A DNA stretch of 64,000 bases, from positions 313,986-377,985 of the forward strand of contig JBAZUR010000001.1 in NCBI GenBank assembly GCA_041661305.1, in the 5' to 3' direction. The notes under the pieces are model-generated. The model had not been told where the DNA came from, ran no database searches, and worked only from the letters and a program-made list of their open reading frames with translations. The position numbers and the translations under genes are program-made. Shown one piece after another: positions 1 to 8,804 of this stretch. Numbering within the stretch: position 1 is the first letter of the stretch; every line of letters starts with the position of its first letter. Origin of the DNA: Minisyncoccota bacterium. Its GTDB lineage: Bacteria > Patescibacteriota > Minisyncoccia > Phycocordibacterales > VMEP01.

Positions 1-1
1 A

Positions 2-88
2 CAAAAGAACTCCCAGAAACACCTGTGGCGGAACAAAGACTGAACCAATCCCGCCAACAGCTATTGCCACATCAGTTACCATTTTCAT
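2..88 (-). CDS. hypothetical protein, 5' part only (runs off window start)
   Basis: ATG at 88 preceded by AGGGG; reads MKMVTDVAIAVGGIGSVFVPPQVFLGVLL (hydrophobic) with no stop before the window edge. Confidence 0.45.
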   Translation of the reverse strand, partial: MKMVTDVAIAVGGIGSVFVPPQVFLGVLL

Positions 89-181
89 CAAAATCCCCTA
101 AACTTGAAACGACAAAATATCAATAATCGCTAGCGCAATTTATACCACTATTTAATACCCGCGTCAAATAAAATATTTTTT

Positions 182-271
182 GCTTTTGCCCCTAAAAACG
201 CGCATAAAACTTTGCTAAGTTTTTGCTATGCTCGCGCCGTCGCGCTGCTCAATGTTTTTAACAGCAAAAGC
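182..271 (-). ncRNA. putative structured RNA motif, copy A (three-way junction, AGCA-loop hairpin)
   Basis: Minus strand reads P1-AUUGAGCA-GCGC[GACG]GCGC-GAGCAUA-GCA AAAACUU[AGCA]AAGUUUU A UGC-GC-P1'; homologous to 5985-6070 and 27600-27686 with compensatory changes. Confidence 0.65.
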
Positions 272-296
272 TTTGGACTTAAAGAGAAGAAAAACT

Positions 297-911
297 TTAG
301 CTTTTCAGAAAACTTTGGCGGTGGATTTTGGTTGTTCCATATTTCTTGATAGCAAAATAGTGCGCTTTTGTACCATATCCCTTATGTGTTTGAAATCCAT
401 ATCGTGGGAATTTTTTAGCGTATCGCACCATCAACTTATCGCGAGTTACTTTGGCGACAACTGAAGCAATTGAAATAATCTGTATTAAATCGTCACCGTG
501 AATTATGGTTTTTTGATTTTTATATTCTTTCCCCGCCTTCAATCCCCCATCAAGAAATATGTGTGCTTGCTCTGGTTTAACCTTAAGATTTGAAAGAGAT
601 TTGTTTAAGGCGGTTTGTATAGAAAAAACTATTCCTTTTTTATCTATAATTGATGAGCTCACAAAAGAAACTGAAAATTTTATCTCGCCTTCCTTTTGTG
701 CTAGTTTTATTTTCTTAAACCATTCTTCCCTCTTTTTTTCTGAAAGTTTCTTAGAATCGCGAATTCCTTTAAATTCTTTTTTAAGTCTTAAACCATAAAT
801 TGCCGAATTAATGGCAACAGCACCGACAGCTACTGGTCCAGCCAACGGCCCTCGCCCCACCTCATCAACGCCGACAATCCATTTGTGCTTTTTAACCACG
901 ATTTTCTTCAT
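297..911 (-). CDS. rnhB: ribonuclease HII
   Basis: GVDEVGRGPLAGPV, IRDSKKL, LDG, ASVVAKVTRD and HKGYGT motifs; start moved to ATG 911 to avoid overlap with dnaE. Confidence 0.95.
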   Translation of the reverse strand: MKKIVVKKHKWIVGVDEVGRGPLAGPVAVGAVAINSAIYGLRLKKEFKGIRDSKKLSEKKREEWFKKIKLAQKEGEIKFSVSFVSSSIIDKKGIVFSIQTALNKSLSNLKVKPEQAHIFLDGGLKAGKEYKNQKTIIHGDDLIQIISIASVVAKVTRDKLMVRYAKKFPRYGFQTHKGYGTKAHYFAIKKYGTTKIHRQSFLKS

Positions 912-917
912 ATCCAC

Positions 918-952
918 ATGATAGCAGAGTCCCTGTTTGCCTCTGCTATAAT
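918..952. promoter_or_regulatory. divergent extended -10 promoters for rnhB and dnaE
   Basis: TGCTATAAT on + (944-952) and TGCTATCAT on - (918-926), arranged as inverted repeat ATAGCAGAG/CTCTGCTAT. Confidence 0.55.
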
Positions 953-968
953 AGGCGGAACATAAATC

Positions 969-3900
969 ATGGAGAAAAATTTCGTTCATCTTCATACGCA
1001 TTCCCACTACTCTCTCTTAGACGGGCTCACCAAAGTAGATGCCATGGTAAAACGGGCACAAGAGCTTAAAATGCCCGCCCTCGCTCTGACCGACCACGGC
1101 AATATGTATGGAGCAATAGAATTCTATAAACTCTGCAAAACACACGGAGTAAAACCCATTATTGGCGTTGAGGCATACATCGCCGAGCGAACACGTTTTG
1201 ATAAAGAGCCAAACGTTGATTCAAAGCGCTATCACCTCACCCTTCTCGCCAAAAACGTAACTGGTTATAAAAATCTTTTGAAACTTGTGAGTAAGGCAAA
1301 CCTTGAGGGTTATTACTACAAACCGAGAATGGACAAGGATTTGCTACGAGAACACAGCGAGGGAATCATTTGTCTTTCTGGTTGTTTTGGTGGTGAGCTT
1401 TCTCGTGCCCTCTCTGCACACAATGACGAAAAAGCACGTGCAATAATCGCCGAGTATCAAGATATTTTTGGTAAAGAAAATTATTTCCTTGAAATAATGG
1501 CTCACGTAAAAATGGATGGGGCGAAAGAAGTCCGCGATAAAATTGTTGCGCTTGGTCGTGAACTAAATATTCCTCTTGTTGCTACTCACGATTCGCACTA
1601 TTTAGACGAAGACGACCACAAAGCCCACGACACACTTCTTGCAGTACAAACCGGCTCAGATACCACCGACGCCAATCGCCTCACGTTCGGCAACGACAAC
1701 TTCTCTTTAATAGACGCAAAAAAAGCATATGAACTTTTTAAAGATATTCCCGATGCTGTAGAAAACACCCTCAAAATAGCCGATATGTGCGACATTGAAA
1801 TTGAACTTGGTAAGTGGGTTTTCCCTGACATTAAACTCCCCGAAAGAAGTGCTGACTACGACGAAGAATTAAAAAGTTTAACTTACGAAGGAATAGTTAG
1901 GCGTGAACTTGAAAAAACTACGGAAGTTGTTGAACGTATTGAGTACGAACTAAAAATTATTAAGGACAAAGGCTATGCTCCTTATTTCTTGGTTGTTGCA
2001 GATCTTCTGCGCTTTGCGGCGGAGAACAAAATCTTCACAAACATCAGAGGGTCTGTTGCAGGTTCCATTGTTACGTACCTGACTGGTATTACCAAGGTTA
2101 ATCCACTTGAATACAAACTCCCCTTTGAACGATTCTTAAACCCAGAACGTCCTTCTGCTCCCGATATCGATATGGACTTCGCCGACAATCGTCGCGACGA
2201 GATGATTGAGTATGTAAAACAAAAATATGGAGCTGATAAAGTTGCTCAAATTGGAACATTCGGAACAATGATGGCTCGTGGCGCTGTGCGTGATGTGGCA
2301 AGAGCGCTTGGGCATCCTTACGCAACGGGAGACCGTCTATCAAAACTAATCCCGATGGGTTCACAGGGTTTCCCAATGACAATTGAAAATGCTCTCAAGA
2401 TGACCCCAGAACTTAAGACTATTTATAAAAACGAAAAAGATTCAAAGGAAATTATAGACTTGGCAAAAAAACTTGAAGGGTGCGTGAGACACGTCTCTGT
2501 GCATGCCGCTGGTGTTGTTATTTCCCCTACCCCACTCACCGATTTTACTCCACTACAGTTTGACCCTAAGGGTGGAAAAATTATCACCCAGTACGATATG
2601 TATGTCGTTGAGGATGTTGGTCTTCTAAAGTTCGACTTTCTTGGAATTAGAAACCTTTCAATTCTAGGAAGAGCTGTCGACTTGGTAAAAAAACTCTACG
2701 ACGAAGACGTCGATATTGAACGCATTCCCTTAGATGACAAATTGACATTTGAACTTTTGGCACGAGGCGAGACCGAAGGCTTGTTTCAATTAAACGGCGA
2801 CGGAATGACCCGCTATTTGAAGGAACTTAAGCCAACAACAATTCACGACATTAATGCTATGGTCGCACTTTATCGCCCAGGGCCGATGATTTCTATCCCC
2901 GACTACATTGCCCGCAAACGTAACCCATCTTTAATCAAATACCCAGACCCACGACTAAAAGAGATATTGAAGGAATCCTATGGTGTTATAGCCTATCAAG
3001 ACGATGTTCTTCTAACCGCAATTACACTTGCTGGGTATTCTTGGCTTGAAGCCGACAAGCTCCGCAAGGCCATGGGTAAAAAAATTCCAAAAGAAATGGC
3101 TGCACAAGAAGAAAAGTTTATTTCTGGTTGTGTCGACAAAGGACTGAAGCCAGAGAAAGCTCTTGAAATTTGGAAGCTTATTGAGCCGTTCGCAGCGTAT
3201 GGGTTCAACAAAGCCCATGCAGCAAGCTATGGTCGTGTTTCCTATCAAACCGCATACATGAAGGCTCATTACCCTGCTCCTTATATGGCCGCTATTTTAT
3301 CCGCCGAATCTGGAGACGTTGATAAGGTTGCTGAAATAATTACTGAATGTAAGCACATGAACATAAACGTCTTACCTCCAGATGTAAATGAAAGTTTTGG
3401 CGATTTCACTGTTGTAAAAAACGAAGAAGGAAAAGAAGAAATTCGCTTTGGTTTGATTTCAACAAAAAATCTTGGTGTTGATATCGCAGAGGCAATCATT
3501 ACTGAACGTAAGCAAAACGGAAAATACACATCATTTGCAGATTTTCTAATGCGAGTTAAACACAAAAACTTAAACAAAAAATCTCTTGAAGCTCTAGTTA
3601 AATCTGGAAGTATGGATAAGCTCGGAGAACGTGGTCAATTGCTAGCAAACACGGAAGAAGCGTTAGAGTTTGCTCACGCGGCAAGCCACATAGACACCGC
3701 GCAAGATTCACTTTTTGGAGGAATGGCAGAAGCCCCGCTTGCAACAATCAATCTGAAGCCATCTGAGCCAGCAAAGAAAAGCGACATGTTGGCGTGGGAA
3801 AAAGAACTGCTTGGACTTTATGTTTCCGGACATCCACTTGATCCATGGAAAGAAAAATTAAATGGGCGTGAAATGACAGTAGAGAAATTAAAAGCCACAT

Positions 3901-4157
3901 ACAAAGAAGGAATGCTCGCCGTTGTTGCTGGAATCATTGAGGAATCAAAAGAAGTGATAACAAAAACAAACGACCGAATGGCATTCCTAAAAATATCAGA
4001 TTTTACTGGAACAATGGAAGCGGTTGTGTTCCCAAAACTATACAAAGATGTAAAAGATTTTTGTGTCTCAGATAAATGCGTAATTGCTCGCGGGCGTATA
4101 TCAAAAAGAAACGACGAAACGAGCTTAATCATAGAAGAGCTAAAAGAGCTCAAGTAG
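969..4157 (+). CDS. dnaE: DNA polymerase III alpha subunit
   Basis: PHP motif FVHLHTHSHYSLLDG, RGSVAGS, PDIDMDF, KFDFLG, YGFNKAH, C-terminal OB fold. Confidence 0.98.
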   Translation: MEKNFVHLHTHSHYSLLDGLTKVDAMVKRAQELKMPALALTDHGNMYGAIEFYKLCKTHGVKPIIGVEAYIAERTRFDKEPNVDSKRYHLTLLAKNVTGYKNLLKLVSKANLEGYYYKPRMDKDLLREHSEGIICLSGCFGGELSRALSAHNDEKARAIIAEYQDIFGKENYFLEIMAHVKMDGAKEVRDKIVALGRELNIPLVATHDSHYLDEDDHKAHDTLLAVQTGSDTTDANRLTFGNDNFSLIDAKKAYELFKDIPDAVENTLKIADMCDIEIELGKWVFPDIKLPERSADYDEELKSLTYEGIVRRELEKTTEVVERIEYELKIIKDKGYAPYFLVVADLLRFAAENKIFTNIRGSVAGSIVTYLTGITKVNPLEYKLPFERFLNPERPSAPDIDMDFADNRRDEMIEYVKQKYGADKVAQIGTFGTMMARGAVRDVARALGHPYATGDRLSKLIPMGSQGFPMTIENALKMTPELKTIYKNEKDSKEIIDLAKKLEGCVRHVSVHAAGVVISPTPLTDFTPLQFDPKGGKIITQYDMYVVEDVGLLKFDFLGIRNLSILGRAVDLVKKLYDEDVDIERIPLDDKLTFELLARGETEGLFQLNGDGMTRYLKELKPTTIHDINAMVALYRPGPMISIPDYIARKRNPSLIKYPDPRLKEILKESYGVIAYQDDVLLTAITLAGYSWLEADKLRKAMGKKIPKEMAAQEEKFISGCVDKGLKPEKALEIWKLIEPFAAYGFNKAHAASYGRVSYQTAYMKAHYPAPYMAAILSAESGDVDKVAEIITECKHMNINVLPPDVNESFGDFTVVKNEEGKEEIRFGLISTKNLGVDIAEAIITERKQNGKYTSFADFLMRVKHKNLNKKSLEALVKSGSMDKLGERGQLLANTEEALEFAHAASHIDTAQDSLFGGMAEAPLATINLKPSEPAKKSDMLAWEKELLGLYVSGHPLDPWKEKLNGREMTVEKLKATYKEGMLAVVAGIIEESKEVITKTNDRMAFLKISDFTGTMEAVVFPKLYKDVKDFCVSDKCVIARGRISKRNDETSLIIEELKELK

Positions 4158-4202
4158 AAGCCCCTGTTTGGTAAAATCAATAAAATTGCTATTATTGCCC
4201 TT

Positions 4203-5942
4203 ATGACAGAAGAACAATTACAAAGCCTAAGACATTCGCTCGCCCACCTTTTGGCAGCAGCAATTAAAGAGCTTTATCCTGACGCATTACCAGCAATCGG
4301 ACCTGCCATTGAAAATGGCTTCTATTATGACTTTGAGTTCAAAACTCCGATAAGCGACGCGGATCTTCCAAATATAGAAAATGAGATGCGCAAGATTTTA
4401 AAAGACTGGAGCGAGTTTTCTCCACACGAAGTTAGTAAAGACGAAGCACGTGAGGCTTTTTCGGGAAACCCATATAAACTTGAGTTGATCAATGAGATCG
4501 TAGAGCGTGGTGAAAAACTAACCCTTTACGCATCAGGTAATTTCACCGACCTTTGTCGTGGTGGACACGTTGATGATGCAAAAAAAATACACGCTGACGC
4601 ATTTGCTCTCACCCATACAGCTGGTGCCTATTGGCGTGGAAATGAAAAAAATAAAATGCTGACTCGTATCTATGGTCTCGCCTTTGCAAAAAAAGACGCA
4701 CTTGATTCATATCTTGTAATGCAAGAGGAGGCCAAAAAACGCGATCACCGTAAACTCGGTAAAGAACTTGAGCTCTTCACCTTGATTGAAGAAGTTGGTC
4801 AGGGCCTTCCTTTGTTTTACCCAAAAGGAGCAATCCTACGTCGGTTAATTGAAAACTACATAACCGAGGAACAAGAAAAACGTGGGTATTTGCCAATCTG
4901 GATTCCTCACATCACAAAAGGAAAGCTGTACGAAATATCAGGGCACTTGGACAAATACGACGCAATGTACAATCCAATGAAAGTTGATGATGTTGACTAC
5001 TATCTAAAGCCGATGAATTGCCCACACTTCATGATGCTCTACAAGTCGCTTCCTCATTCATACCGCGACTTACCTTTACGCTACACATCAACAACTACAA
5101 ACTACCGCTACGAAAAATCCGGTGAACTCTCCGGCCTCACAAGAGTGCGCTCCCTCACTCAAGACGATTGCCATGTCTTCTGCGAAAGCACCCAGATACA
5201 AGACGAAATAAGGACAATGGTTGAAATGATTGGCGAAACATATAAGGCTTTTGGTTTTAATGATTTTTGGGTTCGCATTTCACTTCGTGATTCTAAAAAT
5301 AAAGGAAAATATCTTGGGGACGATTCTGTTTGGGAAGAAGCAGAGAACGCACTACGTTCTGTCATTTCTAAAACAGGATGGAAATACAAAGAAGCAGAAA
5401 ACGAAGCCGCCTTTTATGGGCCTAAACTTGATTTTATGTTTAAGGATGTTCTAGGACGTGAATGGCAACTATCAACAATACAACTTGATTTTAATCTTCC
5501 TAAAAAATTTGAACTTGAATACACGGACAAGGAAGGTAAGAAATCCCAACCAGTCGTTATCCACCGCGCAATTTTGGGTTCAACCGAGCGTTTTATGGGA
5601 ATTTTAATCGAACACTACGGCGGTGCATTTCCAACGTGGCTCTCCCCTGTCCAAGCAATAATTGTCCCAATTGGAGAAAATCAAATTGACTACGCCAAAA
5701 ATATTGCGAGTTTAATGAGAGAATCCGGTATTAGAATCGAAATTGATTTAAGCAACGAAACACTCGGAAAGAAGATACGTAATGCCAAAACAAGCAAAAC
5801 CCCTTATTTCTTAGTGATTGGCGACAAAGAGGTGGCAAACAACACTGCAACACTTGAGAGCCGTGATGCTGGTCAGATAGGTGCATTTTCAGTTGAAGAA
5901 ATAATTCAAAAACTACAAGCCCAAATAAAGGATAAGAGTTAA
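4203..5942 (+). CDS. thrS: threonine--tRNA ligase (no N-terminal TGS domain)
   Basis: LRHSLAH, DLCRGGH, RDHRKLG, KPMNCP, AAFYGPKLD, HRAILGS. Confidence 0.97.
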   Translation: MTEEQLQSLRHSLAHLLAAAIKELYPDALPAIGPAIENGFYYDFEFKTPISDADLPNIENEMRKILKDWSEFSPHEVSKDEAREAFSGNPYKLELINEIVERGEKLTLYASGNFTDLCRGGHVDDAKKIHADAFALTHTAGAYWRGNEKNKMLTRIYGLAFAKKDALDSYLVMQEEAKKRDHRKLGKELELFTLIEEVGQGLPLFYPKGAILRRLIENYITEEQEKRGYLPIWIPHITKGKLYEISGHLDKYDAMYNPMKVDDVDYYLKPMNCPHFMMLYKSLPHSYRDLPLRYTSTTTNYRYEKSGELSGLTRVRSLTQDDCHVFCESTQIQDEIRTMVEMIGETYKAFGFNDFWVRISLRDSKNKGKYLGDDSVWEEAENALRSVISKTGWKYKEAENEAAFYGPKLDFMFKDVLGREWQLSTIQLDFNLPKKFELEYTDKEGKKSQPVVIHRAILGSTERFMGILIEHYGGAFPTWLSPVQAIIVPIGENQIDYAKNIASLMRESGIRIEIDLSNETLGKKIRNAKTSKTPYFLVIGDKEVANNTATLESRDAGQIGAFSVEEIIQKLQAQIKDKS

Positions 5943-5984
5943 AATATTTTAAATTGGGTTTTATTTTTTCTTAAACTAACCCCA

Positions 5985-6070
5985 TTTTATTTTTTAAAAT
6001 ATTACGGAGCGCGACGGCGTGAGTATAGAAATCCGCCAGCAGGCGGATATTCGCGTTTTTAAAAATAAAA
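5985..6070 (+). ncRNA. putative structured RNA motif, copy B
   Basis: P1-AUUACGGA-GCGC[GACG]GCGU-GAGUAUA-GAA AUCCGCC[AGCA]GGCGGAU A UUC-GC-P1', located between convergent thrS and gyrB. Confidence 0.65.
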
Positions 6071-6081
6071 AGAAAAAGAAG

Positions 6082-8130
6082 CTACACGTCCAAATTGGCC
6101 ATCTTAGCGTTCGACTGAATGAATGATTTTCGTGACGGCACATCAGAACCCATGAGAGTCACGAACACCTTCTCTGCATCCTCAGCATCATCAACGGTAA
6201 CTTGCTTTAAGACACGTTTTTCTGGATCCATTGTTGTCTCCCACAACTCCTCTGGGTTCATTTCTCCAAGACCTTTATATCTTTGAATGGAAACCTTCGC
6301 TTCGCGCTTCTTTGTTTTTTCTTCAACTTCTTCTTCGGTTTCTACGTCACCTTCTTCTGTAATTTCTTCAATCTCCTCTAGGGAAACATCTTTACCAACT
6401 ATCTTTATTTTCTCAGCATCAGAGTATGCGTATTTTATATCTTTCCCTTTCTTAATTTTATAAAGAGGTGGCTGAGCAATATACAAAAATCCACCATCAA
6501 TAACTGGCTTAAAGTATCTAAAGAAAAGAGTTAGCAAAAGTGTACGGATATGGGCACCGTCAACGTCGGCATCTGTTGCGATTATTATTTTGTGATAGCG
6601 AAGTTTTGATAAATCAAAAGTATCACCAATCGCTGTACCCATTGCTATAACAAGCGCCCTGATTTCATTTGAAGTGAGCATTTTGTCTATACGAGAACGC
6701 TCTACGTTCAAAATCTTTCCTTTAAGTGGCAAAATTGCTTGCGTGCGACGGTCACGGCCCTGTTTCGAAGAACCACCCGCCGAGTCTCCCTCAACGATAA
6801 ATATTTCTGCCTCCTCAGCATTTCTGGTCTGACAATCAGCGAGCTTACCAGGTAAAGTCATTCCCTCAAGAGCACCCTTACGAAGCACGCTGTCCTTTGC
6901 GGCTTTTGCAGCCTTACGAGCTTTAAGAGCGAGCAAAACTTTATTCAAAATATCGCGAGCGTCATCAGGATTCTCCTCTAGAAAATAGTTGAATGCCTCG
7001 CCAAAAACAGAAGCCACCGCACCTTGCGCCTCCACGCTACCCAATTTACCCTTTGTTTGCCCTTCAAACTGAATTTCACGCAACTTAACAGAGATAACAG
7101 CGGTTATTCCTTCCAAAACATCTTCACCAGTGAGATTTTCTTCTTTCTCTTTGATTATGTTGTTTTTTCGTCCGTATGTGTTTAATACGCGAGTAAGAGC
7201 GGTCTTAAAACCAGTGACGTGAGTTCCACCCTCTACGTTGTAAGTATTGTTTGCGTATGGAATTATTTTTGGAGTTATGTCATCAACATACTGAAGCGCC
7301 ACCTCAACTTGTACTCCGTCTGCCTCTTTCTCAACATAAAAAATATTCTTATGTATCGGCTTTTGTGTCTGGTTATGAAATTTGACCAAAGAGAGCAGTC
7401 CTCCCTCAAAGTAGAAACTCATTGATGGCACCTCAAGACCAAGTTCAGAAAAATAAAACACATTGCTGTCATCAATTTTCCCTTCATACATGCGAGCATC
7501 AATAACACCGATGCGAAGACCCTTCACTAAGTAGGCCTGACCGCGCATGTGATTAACAACCGTGTTCCATTCAAATTTTATTTCTTTAAAAATTTCTTGA
7601 TCAGGTTCAAATGTAACGATGGTTCCGTTTAGTTTTGATGTACCAAATTTTTTAACTGCAGCCTTTTTAACACCTTGTTTGTATTCCTGAAAATGTTTTG
7701 CTCCATCACGATGCACTTCAACTTTTGCATAAAGAGAAAGGGCGTTTACAACTGAGGCCCCAACACCGTGCAAACCTCCAGAAACTTTGTATCCTTCACC
7801 ACCAAACTTACCCCCAGCGTGAAGTGTGGTCATAACAGTCTCGAGCGCAGATACTTTTGTTTTCTTGTGAATCTCGACTGGAATACCGCGACCGTTATCT
7901 GCCACGCGGATACGGTTACCAGGGAGTAAAACAATTTCAATATGATCGGCAAAACCACCCATCGCTTCGTCGCGTGAGTTATCAAAAATTTCCCAAATTA
8001 GATGATGTAGTCCATCAATACCGGTCGTACCGATATACATTCCAGGGCGCTTTCGTACCGGTTCGAGCCCCTCTAAGACTGTAATATCTTGAGCGTCGTA
8101 GTGATGTCCGTTTCCTTTCTTTTCAGCCAT
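6082..8130 (-). CDS. gyrB: DNA gyrase subunit B
   Basis: VRKRPGMYIG, GGLHGVGASVVNALS, VEGDSAGG, PLKGKILN, DADVDG, QRYKGLGEM. Confidence 0.96.
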   Translation of the reverse strand: MAEKKGNGHHYDAQDITVLEGLEPVRKRPGMYIGTTGIDGLHHLIWEIFDNSRDEAMGGFADHIEIVLLPGNRIRVADNGRGIPVEIHKKTKVSALETVMTTLHAGGKFGGEGYKVSGGLHGVGASVVNALSLYAKVEVHRDGAKHFQEYKQGVKKAAVKKFGTSKLNGTIVTFEPDQEIFKEIKFEWNTVVNHMRGQAYLVKGLRIGVIDARMYEGKIDDSNVFYFSELGLEVPSMSFYFEGGLLSLVKFHNQTQKPIHKNIFYVEKEADGVQVEVALQYVDDITPKIIPYANNTYNVEGGTHVTGFKTALTRVLNTYGRKNNIIKEKEENLTGEDVLEGITAVISVKLREIQFEGQTKGKLGSVEAQGAVASVFGEAFNYFLEENPDDARDILNKVLLALKARKAAKAAKDSVLRKGALEGMTLPGKLADCQTRNAEEAEIFIVEGDSAGGSSKQGRDRRTQAILPLKGKILNVERSRIDKMLTSNEIRALVIAMGTAIGDTFDLSKLRYHKIIIATDADVDGAHIRTLLLTLFFRYFKPVIDGGFLYIAQPPLYKIKKGKDIKYAYSDAEKIKIVGKDVSLEEIEEITEEGDVETEEEVEEKTKKREAKVSIQRYKGLGEMNPEELWETTMDPEKRVLKQVTVDDAEDAEKVFVTLMGSDVPSRKSFIQSNAKMANLDV

Positions 8131-8230
8131 ATTTTAAGGGTTAAATCAAAAAAGCGCCTTCGCTTTGTTAGAGAAAGTATAGCAGAAAACGACCCAAAAC
8201 GAAAGCTTTTTTACGAGAAAATATAGTGAA

Positions 8231-8788
8231 TTATGGCTTGAAAAATATAGCCATTCTGCGCCAATCATGCTTAAAGGATTTGATATCAACAAACAGGTCT
8301 TTACCTTGCTCTTTTGATAAAGATTCAGGCTCATTAAAGTAAAACCCCGTAAGTTGTCCTTTCCTCTCTGGAAACTCAATTCCATCATTTTCTTCGTAGC
8401 CAGTTAGGACAACCATGTGGAACTTTGTCTGACCAAGCGTATATTTCGAAACAGAAACAATCACGGGTCGCCCATCTTTGAGTTCATCGTGTATTTTTTG
8501 TAATCCCAAAATTTCTCCTATCTTCTCCCCCCTTTCAGAATTTAAACCATATTCCTTGGCGGTCTTCACAAAGTAATCATGGAACCAGCCAGATGGTCCA
8601 TACCCACCATCTTTCTTTCCCCTTTCACACATCTCTAAAAGTGGTGGAGTTTTTTTACTATCAACCTTCGAAGAAAGGTGATAATCAAGAACCATTTTCA
8701 AACACACCATTCCACAAGCCCGTGGCATCCAATAAGGATCGTTGTTTACATCCAGAAATTGTGAGTAATATGGAACGTTTAATTTCAT
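8231..8788 (-). CDS. C39-like cysteine peptidase family protein
   Basis: VPYYSQ, ACG (Cys), GRPVIV, HMVVLTGY (His), FNEP; pattern of Peptidase_C39-like proteins. Confidence 0.75.
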   Translation of the reverse strand: MKLNVPYYSQFLDVNNDPYWMPRACGMVCLKMVLDYHLSSKVDSKKTPPLLEMCERGKKDGGYGPSGWFHDYFVKTAKEYGLNSERGEKIGEILGLQKIHDELKDGRPVIVSVSKYTLGQTKFHMVVLTGYEENDGIEFPERKGQLTGFYFNEPESLSKEQGKDLFVDIKSFKHDWRRMAIFFKP

Positions 8789-8804
8789 TAGAATATTATT
8801 TTTA

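Noticed and set aside
4158-4202. T-box leader for thrS (and for pheS at 11930-11971)
   Set aside because: The intergenic gaps are only about 45 nt with a -10 box close to the ATG.
969-8130. Inteins in DnaE or GyrB
   Set aside because: Lengths are ordinary and there are no intein splice-junction or LAGLIDADG motifs.
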